A stretch of DNA of 64,000 nt from Blastocystis sp. Blastoise (GCA_039096225.1 JBBPEB010000025.1:62001-126000); one strand, 5' to 3'; counted from the stretch's first letter, positions 23,514-31,065 are shown. The notes: generated by a model from the letters alone, not told the origin. Numbers and translations: made by a program.

Positions 23514-23633
23514 GAAGCTTCTAGAACCTTCTAGAACATTCAAGAACATTCTAGAACATTCTATAATAGTAAATATTACTTTATATTTTTAAATGTTCTA
23601 GAACCTTCGAGAACCTTCGAGAACCTTCTAGAA
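23514..23633. promoter_or_regulatory. Two HSE arrays (10 units at 23514-23561; 8 units at 23596-23633) upstream of the primase-helicase
   Basis: Perfect 5-bp alternation of GAA and TTC. Confidence 0.8.
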
Positions 23634-23743
23634 CATCCTTTTTATACTTTAGTGTTTTAAATGTATATACAATAAACAAAACAATTTTCAATGATTTTTT
23701 ACAAGTTTATAAGTAAAAATAGAAAAATAAACAAGAAAAATAA

Positions 23744-24367
23744 TTAAATTTCAATTGGTTCTTGACTATTAATATATGTACATGAATGAGGCCATCCATT
23801 CTTATCATATAAAATACCATCCCAGAAATACATTTGTTTTGAAGGATCTCTTTTAATCTTGTTAATACTCTTAGCATGAACAACTTCATAAGAATAAACT
23901 TTACCTTTTTCATCATAAAGGAATCCATCTTCCATATGGAATTTCATAATATCAAAATCATCATCTTTAGAATTCGAATGTTCTTTAGAATCTTCAGAAC
24001 ATAAAATAGTAGTTCTATCACTTTCTAAAAGATCTTCAGTATTGATAATATCTTGAATATCTTGTTCTTCGTTAAGTTGTTGAGTATAAATATCAGCAGC
24101 GAATTCTTCATAATCTTCAAGACCTTTAATAACCGCGTTTATACGTTTTAAAGCTGATCTATAGTTTTCGACTTCGAAAGAAGCAAGACGTTCTTTAGAT
24201 TTTGCAATACCCAATAGATTCTTTTCTCTATTCAATTGAGACTGATGTAAATCAATATCACGAAGAACATTCTTATGAACTTCAACAGCCTTCTTAGAAT
24301 TCTTAAGAAGTTCCATACGAACAGTTTGAAGACATTTACGGGAATCAGCAGAAAGATTAAATTGCAT
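23744..24367 (-). CDS. Hypothetical viral coiled-coil protein (~207 aa)
   Basis: First in-frame ATG at 24367 (MQFNLS); 3' motif at 23675. Confidence 0.7.
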   Translation of the reverse strand: MQFNLSADSRKCLQTVRMELLKNSKKAVEVHKNVLRDIDLHQSQLNREKNLLGIAKSKERLASFEVENYRSALKRINAVIKGLEDYEEFAADIYTQQLNEEQDIQDIINTEDLLESDRTTILCSEDSKEHSNSKDDDFDIMKFHMEDGFLYDEKGKVYSYEVVHAKSINKIKRDPSKQMYFWDGILYDKNGWPHSCTYINSQEPIEI

Positions 24368-24478
24368 TATAATCGCGAATATCGTTACAGAGAGAAAATT
24401 TGTATTTATCAAAATGAAATAAATAATACATTTAAATGGAATATTAAATATTCTAGGAGACAGTGTAGAATCTCTATG

Positions 24479-24496
24479 GAATGTTCTAGAAGGTTC
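24479..24496. promoter_or_regulatory. HSE (4 units)
   Basis: GAAtgTTCtaGAAggTTC. Confidence 0.65.
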
Positions 24497-24501
24497 ATTT
24501 G

Positions 24502-24649
24502 ATTGGCTAATTTTGTCGACTTAGCATTTTTTATTTGTGTTTCGATGACGAGTATAGTCGGCATCTGTAATTTGATTGGATAAAAAAATTAGTAAAACAC
24601 AATTAGACGATGACGACGATGTGTCATACGAAATAAGTTATTTTATTGG
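24502..24649. promoter_or_regulatory. Three inverted CCAAT boxes interleaved with TGACG half-sites in a divergent promoter
   Basis: ATTGG at 24502, 24575 and 24645; GATGACGA containing TGACG at 24546 and 24611. Confidence 0.45.
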
Positions 24650-24765
24650 CTTATTTTCCAGCTGGAAGCAATAGGCTTTTGTTAGCAACTGAAATGAAGA
24701 ACTGTACACTAAAAATAGTATATTTAATATATTGTATAAAAATACTTTTGAAGGTTTAAATAATC

Positions 24766-25293
24766 ATGGAAATTCCTGATAGTCTTTCTGCCAGTTTATC
24801 CCCTTTCGGTCAAGCCATGATATCCCCCTTGTTGAATCCATTTGAAAATAGTGTTTCTGAAAATCCTATGGCTTTACCCAATGATAATGATTTCTGTTTT
24901 AATTCGCGTGACGAAATCATGTTTGAAGATCCACCTCAAGAAATTCATCCAATCAATGATGTTTACGTATCTAAAAATCCAGATAGATATCATTCGGTTA
25001 ACAATCAACCAATACAATTTCAAGATCAAGTAAATACAAATCCTGATAAGCAAGCATTATTATTTACAAATGAGGAGTTAACAAATATATCCAGTCAATT
25101 CGAATCTTTATTTCAAACTATTGAAACAGCTGATAATATATTAAATGGTATTTATTGTACTGTTGATCATTTAAAAACAAAGATTGAAAGTCAGAAACAA
25201 GATTTGAAACAGATTCATGATGATTCTAAAGAAATTGTTTCATTATTATCCGAATATTCTATTCCTTCTATGTCTGAAATATTTGATCATTAA
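24766..25293 (+). CDS. Hypothetical viral protein (175 aa; acidic/Pro-rich N-terminus, coiled-coil C-terminus)
   Basis: ATG-initiated ORF; 3' motif at 25316. Confidence 0.75.
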   Translation: MEIPDSLSASLSPFGQAMISPLLNPFENSVSENPMALPNDNDFCFNSRDEIMFEDPPQEIHPINDVYVSKNPDRYHSVNNQPIQFQDQVNTNPDKQALLFTNEELTNISSQFESLFQTIETADNILNGIYCTVDHLKTKIESQKQDLKQIHDDSKEIVSLLSEYSIPSMSEIFDH

Positions 25294-25488
25294 TTTATTT
25301 ATTTAATTAATTATTTTGTTTTGTTTATTTTTTTTTAATTTAATTTCACAAAGTTTAAATGGAAAATAGAATAGTTTCAAATAGAATTCTTGAATGGTCT
25401 AATGGATCTATTAAAGAAATATGTAACTACAGTATCATGGTTCGATTCCGTTAAAATGTTTCCATTAGATTATTCAAGTGTTCTTTTT

Positions 25489-25536
25489 TTCTAGAACCTT
25501 CTCGAACATTCTAGAACCTTCTAGAACCTTCTCGAA
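25489..25536. promoter_or_regulatory. HSE array (10 units) upstream of the SSB-like gene
   Basis: TTCtaGAAccTTCtcGAAcaTTCtaGAAccTTCtaGAAccTTCtcGAA. Confidence 0.8.
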
Positions 25537-25612
25537 AATTGATTCATTTGAAAAGAATATCGTAAAATATTAGTATTAAAATACTTATATTTTTACTAAA
25601 TACTTAACTAAA

Positions 25613-26206
25613 ATGTCTTCAACTGAATTTAAGAAACCTGCTATTCTTGATACTTCTAACTTTAATTTACAATGGGATGACACCAAAGAAAATGCTGTTC
25701 TTTTAAATAATAATCATCGTGTATGTATTTCTACTGATGCTACACCATGTTTATTTGGTTATATTGTTACACGTGATAAATGGACTTTATTAACAATTGA
25801 AGATGATAATCAAGTATTCTTAACTGCTTATAAAGAACTTTATCGTAAATTATGTGAATTATGTCCTGATGGTGATATTGTTAATTTTGTACGTATGGAT
25901 AATGGTAAATATAAGATTACAATTAAAGTACCTATTAATGCATCGAAGAATGTTACTATTGATATCACTGATAAAAGAGATAAGAAGATTAATATCGGTA
26001 AAGATCCTAAGTTAACTTACGAAGAAATACGTGAAAAGTATATTCCACCAAATACGTTATGTAAAGTATTATTTACAATACATGGTATTCATCGTTATAA
26101 TAACAAGTATTATATTGGTTTATATGCTCGTTCTATTAAAGTCATCGATAAATCTACGAAGAATACTAATAGTAATGATACTATTATTGATTTAACTAAT
26201 TTATAA
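25613..26206 (+). CDS. Putative single-stranded DNA-binding protein (NCLDV / T7 gp2.5-like OB fold)
   Basis: C-terminal IPPNTLCKVLFTIHGIHRYNNKYYIGLYARSIKV pattern resembles the NCLDV SSB beta strands; 197 aa. Confidence 0.55.
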   Translation: MSSTEFKKPAILDTSNFNLQWDDTKENAVLLNNNHRVCISTDATPCLFGYIVTRDKWTLLTIEDDNQVFLTAYKELYRKLCELCPDGDIVNFVRMDNGKYKITIKVPINASKNVTIDITDKRDKKINIGKDPKLTYEEIREKYIPPNTLCKVLFTIHGIHRYNNKYYIGLYARSIKVIDKSTKNTNSNDTIIDLTNL

Positions 26207-26280
26207 ATTTTTAATGTTAAATTTATTTTTTATTAATATATTTGTTTTGTTTATAAATAATTTTATAATTGAAATAAAAA

Positions 26281-27909
26281 ATGCAAAGTTGTATCTTAGG
26301 AATGCCAAGTCCTGGTACTTTTGGTATGAATTTAATTTCAACTGGAAAAGAATATAGGCGATATAATACACAACCATTACATAAAATGGATCAATATAAT
26401 CCAATATTTCATGAAATAGGTCCAAATTCATCTATGCCTGTGTCTACTTTAGAAAGTAAAGAAATACATGATGGCAAAGAAGATGATTATGTAGATCGTT
26501 CTAAAACATTTGGTAAAGATGCTGTTCCACAAGGAAATGGTGCTTTAATTCGTGCTAGAGCAGCAGGTAAAGGTGTAATGAAAGCAGCTGGTCCAGAAGA
26601 AGATAAAATAGATGGTGAAGATCGTCAATATAAAGTATTAAATCCATGTAAACCAAGACGTAAATCTGGTAGAGGAATTATTCCAAATAAATCAGAAATC
26701 AATAAATTAGAGAATAATCAAGGTTCTGGTATTGGTGATGCAATTAAAAATAAAGTAAAAGATATGTATCAACGAAATGTATTAGATATAAGAGATGCTA
26801 TTGTAGATAAAAAAGCTAATAGAAAAGCTCGTGATGCATTAGCTATTTTAGCTCAATATGTTGGTGATGGTCATCATGATCTTGATGATGAATTCAAAAG
26901 ATTCTATGAACATAAAATAAAACGTGGTGGAAAGATTCCTATATCTGTTGCTTCAGCAATTATGAATGCAATTAAAAATAAGAAAATGATTAAGAATCCA
27001 AAATTAAGAAGAATGTTAAGACCTTCAATTATACCAAAATATATAGATTTAGATTCAGCTCAAAGTGGTGATGGTATATTAAGAGTTAAAAGAGGTGGTG
27101 GATTCTGGGATGGAGTTATGAACTATGCACCAGCTCTTTTAGGTGTAGTTGATAAAGGTATGGATTCTTTTGCTAAAGGTAGAAAAGCTTATTATGATAC
27201 ACATTTGGCACAACAGTCAAGTGAATTAAATGATATGGAATTTGAAATGGAAAAATTAAAACGTCAACAAGCATTAAATGAAATGAAAAAACAAATAGGT
27301 TCAGGAAATACTATAAATAAGATGTTTGAAGGATATTATGATGTAGCTGATGAAATGCAAGATGCTATTGATGAAGATGATAGATTACATCCACAACCCG
27401 TTGTTCAACCTCCACCACCTCCACAACAACAAGTTGCTAGACATCCTCAACCTCAACCTCCTCAACCTTATAAACCAATGTCTCGTGATGAACAAAGTTA
27501 TCCTTATAAGATTTATGGTTTCCCTCAAAATGATAAAGAGAAAGTCGATAGAAAATGGAAAGAAGATGAAAGGGATAAACGAATAGCTGCAAGAAGAGCT
27601 AAACGTAGAGGTTATGGTGGTCGAGTTAAATTAAGTAAAGAAGAATTCTTAGAACGAATGAGAAGAGGAAAAGAAGCTAAAAAGAAAAAAGGTGGTGATT
27701 TACCTCCATTAGTAACAGCTTATACAGATTTTGTAATACCTGCACAAGTAGCTCAAAGGAAACGTAAAGTAGCTAAGAATGATTTAAAACAATTACAAAT
27801 TATAAAACAGAAGATGGATAATAATGAAATATTAGATAGAGGTGAGCAAATGTTTTGGAAAGAAAAGAAGTATATGTTATCAAAAAACTCAGGGGAGGGG
27901 ATCTGGTAA
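26281..27909 (+). CDS. Basic GxG-rich virion core precursor (542 aa)
   Basis: About 11 GxG/GG motifs (QGNGA, AGKGV, SGRGI, QGSGI, RGGKI, SGDGI, RGGGF, IGSGN, YGGRV, KGGDL, SGEGI); overlaps the protease ORF. Confidence 0.7.
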   Translation: MQSCILGMPSPGTFGMNLISTGKEYRRYNTQPLHKMDQYNPIFHEIGPNSSMPVSTLESKEIHDGKEDDYVDRSKTFGKDAVPQGNGALIRARAAGKGVMKAAGPEEDKIDGEDRQYKVLNPCKPRRKSGRGIIPNKSEINKLENNQGSGIGDAIKNKVKDMYQRNVLDIRDAIVDKKANRKARDALAILAQYVGDGHHDLDDEFKRFYEHKIKRGGKIPISVASAIMNAIKNKKMIKNPKLRRMLRPSIIPKYIDLDSAQSGDGILRVKRGGGFWDGVMNYAPALLGVVDKGMDSFAKGRKAYYDTHLAQQSSELNDMEFEMEKLKRQQALNEMKKQIGSGNTINKMFEGYYDVADEMQDAIDEDDRLHPQPVVQPPPPPQQQVARHPQPQPPQPYKPMSRDEQSYPYKIYGFPQNDKEKVDRKWKEDERDKRIAARRAKRRGYGGRVKLSKEEFLERMRRGKEAKKKKGGDLPPLVTAYTDFVIPAQVAQRKRKVAKNDLKQLQIIKQKMDNNEILDRGEQMFWKEKKYMLSKNSGEGIW

Positions 27910-28001
27910 AGAGTAAAGATGAAAAACTTATTCAAAATTCAATGAATTGTGATAATCCTATTATATCTGATAAAACTCGTCATGTTACTCCTAGATCCCC
28001 T
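27882..28001 (+). other. Predicted -1 programmed ribosomal frameshift signal
   Basis: A_AAA_AAC at 27882-27888 in the correct phase; 7-nt spacer; stem AGGGGATCTGG (27896-27906) / CTAGATCCCCT (27991-28001), extended by GAGTAA/TTACTC. Confidence 0.75.
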
Positions 28002-28475
28002 GATAATTTCAAACAAACTCTATCTCAATATTGTAATATACCCAATTCTTTAATATCTCAATTATATAATTATGCTTATTTAAATAAACCTACCTCTTCT
28101 GTTGCTTGTGATCGTGCTGAAAATGTTATGAAACAATTAAATAAAACGAATTCTCAATCTTATAATTATTATAATAGTTATGATGATTTTGAACAAAATA
28201 TAGATCAAGATCAAACTAAATTTAATATGATCTTCCATGAAAGTCCTAGTGATCCTTATAATGGTCATTTTGAAGCTGTTATTTATAATGGTAATAAAAA
28301 TATAGAACACTATTCATCATTAGGAAATAAACCTACTTTTTCAAAATCATTTATTCAAAATCATAATATTCAATATAATCCTATTCAACACCAAAAAACT
28401 ACAAGTAATGCAAATGGTTGCTTTTATTATTCTTTACTTTATTTACTTTCTAATGGAAATCTTATGCCTTGTTAA
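27888..28475 (+). CDS. Adenain/Ulp1-like cysteine protease (in the -1 frame of the upstream ORF; first own ATG at 27942)
   Basis: NGHFEAV...IEHYSSLG...QYNPIQHQKTTSNANGCFYY matches the Polinton protease pattern GxHW..YFDSFG..YN..QxQ..S..CG.YC. Confidence 0.8.
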   Translation, partial: LRGGDLVKSKDEKLIQNSMNCDNPIISDKTRHVTPRSPDNFKQTLSQYCNIPNSLISQLYNYAYLNKPTSSVACDRAENVMKQLNKTNSQSYNYYNSYDDFEQNIDQDQTKFNMIFHESPSDPYNGHFEAVIYNGNKNIEHYSSLGNKPTFSKSFIQNHNIQYNPIQHQKTTSNANGCFYYSLLYLLSNGNLMPC

Positions 28476-28479
28476 AACC

Positions 28480-28497
28480 TTCTAGAATATTCTAGAA
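28480..28497. promoter_or_regulatory. HSE (4 units)
   Basis: TTCtaGAAtaTTCtaGAA. Confidence 0.65.
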
Positions 28498-28561
28498 TCT
28501 CTAATTTATTATATTAATATTTTGTATAATTAATTTGTTTTGTTTAATATTTAATACTATA

Positions 28562-28717
28562 ATGACAAAGAAACGATTTGGCAATTACTACTTAGATCGT
28601 AGTGCAGAAATTTTAGAGAATGTAAATGAAATACTGTCAGTTATTGAAATTGTTCTTATTATTATATATATTTTACTTTACTTTTATATGTCCAAGAAAC
28701 ATTCTAGAACATTCTAG
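28562..28717 (+). CDS. Small single-TM protein (51 aa)
   Basis: ATG at 28562; hydrophobic ILSVIEIVLIIIYILLYFYM; HSE upstream and 3' motif downstream. Confidence 0.5.
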   Translation: MTKKRFGNYYLDRSAEILENVNEILSVIEIVLIIIYILLYFYMSKKHSRTF

Positions 28718-28724
28718 AACATTC
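28702..28724. promoter_or_regulatory. HSE (5 units)
   Basis: TTCtaGAAcaTTCtaGAAcaTTC. Confidence 0.7.
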
Positions 28725-28819
28725 ATTTTGAACTGGCTCTATTTGTAGAATCTTTAATTTATTATATTAGTATTTTATATAATTAATTTGTTTTGTTTAA
28801 TCATTGGTTAATTTAAATA

Positions 28820-29194
28820 ATGAACAAGAAATATCTTAGTTATTCTTATTTTTGTCGTGTGATGAAGAATCTAAAAGAAGAAGGAATTAAATCTAAAAAG
28901 AATGAAATAGCGAATCTATTAGAACAATTTTTAAATAACAATAACAACAAAAATCTTAGTGATTTACAACTAAGTTATTGTAGAAATATGCTACTTTATA
29001 TAGATGATCCTGTGATTCATCAACGTCTTGAAATGCTATTGGATAAACAATATATGAAGAATGAGAATCAATATCAAGATGATAAGAATCTTATTCAACC
29101 CAATAATATGTTTATGCCTACTATGAAAAGTAATCAACAACAAAATCAATATCAAAATAATAATAATACTCTATCTTTCTTACCTTTTAATTAA
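28820..29194 (+). CDS. Hypothetical viral protein (124 aa; N/Q-rich tail)
   Basis: ATG-initiated ORF; variant 3' motif TTGTTTAGTT at 29218. Confidence 0.65.
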   Translation: MNKKYLSYSYFCRVMKNLKEEGIKSKKNEIANLLEQFLNNNNNKNLSDLQLSYCRNMLLYIDDPVIHQRLEMLLDKQYMKNENQYQDDKNLIQPNNMFMPTMKSNQQQNQYQNNNNTLSFLPFN

Positions 29195-29267
29195 TTTTTA
29201 TATCCTTTTATTACTAGTTGTTTAGTTATATTCAAATTTAAAACAAAACAAGCATGAAAACATAAAA

Positions 29268-30203
29268 TTATTCAATTAATTTTTTAAATAAATTATTATT
29301 TTCTAAAGATACATAAGAATTAATATGTGTATAATCATTATGACATAAAGCAGAAGCAGAATTTTCTATATCTTGGAATGTATTGGTTGTAGTTGTAGCA
29401 TATAATTTTCTTAATGCATTAATGGTCAATTTTGGATGGATTTGTTTTAAATGCTTATTCACAAACCAATCAAATGCTTTAGTAGTAAATCCAGTTCGTA
29501 CAGAAGATTCAAATATAAATTTACGATTTGGATTTCTTTTTAAGAGTAATTCTAGATCTTCAATCAATTCTTTTGGTGCATCTAATTGAATTGTAGAGTA
29601 TTTACCAGCAGTTTTATAATCATTTAATAGAATAGAACCAGTATGTTTCTCTTTATCATAAACAATATAATTCTTATGAATAGCTGGATCAATAGTATCT
29701 TCTGGAGTTAGAATGAATAATTGAGCATAATCAGCACGAGCAGGAGGAAGATAGGAGTAAAAATCTAATATTAATCGTAATGGATTATAATTTTCTAATT
29801 TATCGTGATATTCATGTAAATATGGAGTCGTAATACCATCTTTAATAAGATCTTGAATTAAAGTACGTTTCTTATTATCCAGATATTTTTCATACATTGC
29901 ATTAATAATCACATAAAATTCACACCATTTATTTAAAATACCTTCTTTATTTAATGAAGAAACATTACGTATAATAAATAATATCAATTCACATAACGAT
30001 TTCATTGGACTAATTTTGATTTTACGTTCATTTACCATATAATCCATGAATGAATAAGGATTCTTTAAGAATTCTGAGAACTTTTTAAATGGTAATGGGA
30101 AAATATATAAATTGAAATAATTGGTTAAACGTTTTTTCCAAATATCAGAATAATTTGAATTTTGTATAACCAAAAGATACTTGTCATAATTTGTATTTTT
30201 CAT
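29268..30203 (-). CDS. Tyrosine recombinase 2 (311 aa)
   Basis: LPPARADY (R), DYKTAGKY (K), NALRKLYAT (R) and LCHNDYTHINSY (H-x8-Y). Confidence 0.85.
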   Translation of the reverse strand: MKNTNYDKYLLVIQNSNYSDIWKKRLTNYFNLYIFPLPFKKFSEFLKNPYSFMDYMVNERKIKISPMKSLCELILFIIRNVSSLNKEGILNKWCEFYVIINAMYEKYLDNKKRTLIQDLIKDGITTPYLHEYHDKLENYNPLRLILDFYSYLPPARADYAQLFILTPEDTIDPAIHKNYIVYDKEKHTGSILLNDYKTAGKYSTIQLDAPKELIEDLELLLKRNPNRKFIFESSVRTGFTTKAFDWFVNKHLKQIHPKLTINALRKLYATTTTNTFQDIENSASALCHNDYTHINSYVSLENNNLFKKLIE

Positions 30204-30291
30204 TGTTTTTCTTAAGTAGAATCTTTAAAACTTCTATTTTCAAAAGAATAATACATAAGAAAATCAAAATAAAATATCTAAGATTCTCATG

Positions 30292-30339
30292 TTCTCGAAT
30301 GTTCTAGAAGTTTCGAGAATGTTCTAGAATGTTCTAGAA
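30292..30339. promoter_or_regulatory. HSE array (10 units) upstream of tyrosine recombinase 2, at the inner edge of the right TIR
   Basis: TTCtcGAAtgTTCtaGAAgtTTCgaGAAtgTTCtaGAAtgTTCtaGAA. Confidence 0.8.
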
Positions 30340-31063
30340 AATTTATATTTTTCCATATCGGTCGCTCATGTTTCCAAAAGTCTCTCGTTATAATCGTGGT
30401 GGTGGGTACATCTTTTTACAAGACCACACCACCACCAGCTTTTCTTTCACCCACTATAAATACATACCTTGATCACTTTACTCTTTTTATATAAATTTTT
30501 TTATGATTATCATGACTTTTTATATTATTTATTGATCACTATACATACATTTTTATTTTTATATATTCCCGTGATTATTTTTATTATTTCTTTTTAGATA
30601 GAACCATCCATTTCATCTTTTCTCTATATAAAGGGAGGGTCGGGGTGTGTGTTTATTTAGCACATTCTGTGCTTCTTTTCGTATTTCTTTCTGTATTCCC
30701 GTGATTATTTTACTCACTTTACCAACGATGGAGTCATTTTCCATGAATATTCTCTGTAAAGGGGAGGGTTGGACTGTGTATTTTATTTCTTTTATGATTA
30801 CTATGAGTTTCTCCTTGATCACTTTACGTTTCACGTTGGAATCGGAACACAAATAAATTAAAAATAAATAAACATGGGAAAAAATAAATACACACACACA
30901 CTACCCTACACTCCCATGGTTATTTTACTTCAGAAATGTTATTAATTCTTCCGTCGAGAACAAAAAGGGGGGATGTCTTCCCCGCTTATGGCTGCGCGCG
31001 TCGCGCAGACTCTATGCGGGGTTTGCATACCCCCTTCTGCAGTTCGAAGAACGGAAGAATTAT
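30302..31063 (-). repeat. Right terminal inverted repeat (762 bp)
   Basis: Reverse complement of 5732-6493. Confidence 0.95.
30943..31062. repeat. GC-rich imperfect terminal palindrome/hairpin (right)
   Basis: Mirror of 5733-5852. Confidence 0.9.
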
Positions 31064-31065
31064 TA
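31064..31065. repeat. TA target-site duplication, right copy
   Basis: ...GGAAGAATTAT-TA-ATTTGTCAG. Confidence 0.75.

Larger units (their letters stand above)
28493..28801 (+). repeat. 56-bp direct repeat (28493-28548 and 28746-28801; 3 mismatches)
   Basis: TAGAATCTYTAATTTATTATATTARTATTTTRTATAATTAATTTGTTTTGTTTAAT occurs twice. Confidence 0.85.
6723..29251. terminator. Dispersed 3'-end motif TTGTTTTGTT (16 copies; span given)
   Basis: On the sense strand about 17-84 nt after stop codons. Minus-strand genes: 6723, 8303, 9607, 10689, 11798, 12546, 13928, 20387, 23675, 29242. Plus-strand genes: 18048 (9-mer), 18542, 25316, 26242, 28535, 28788. Confidence 0.8.
5732..31063. mobile_element. Endogenous Polinton-like virus (apparently complete, 25,332 bp; tyrosine-recombinase type)
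   Basis: Long TIRs and compact intronless genes: MCPs, mCPs, A32-like ATPase, adenain-like protease, AEP-SF3 helicase and two tyrosine recombinases. Confidence 0.93.

Noticed and set aside
23514-23633. TTCTAGAAC repeats as a CRISPR array or simple satellite
   Set aside because: There are no spacers or cas genes. The 10-bp period conserves only GAA/TTC while the linkers vary, which fits HSEs.
25359-25454. 31-aa ORF between the 175-aa gene and the SSB promoter
   Set aside because: Very short, with no dedicated 3' motif and no other support.
8617-29589. Short overlapping or antisense ORFs inside viral genes (e.g. 8617-8961, 10134-10363, 14306-14530, 27350-27586, 29383-29589)
   Set aside because: Shadow frames of AT-rich coding sequence, without motifs or their own expression signals.
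5732-31063. Canonical Polinton/Maverick, virophage or bacterial prophage
   Set aside because: No pPolB or rve integrase and no 6-bp TSD; capsid motifs look PLV-like; no bacterial operon or RBS signals; the flanks are spliced eukaryotic genes.
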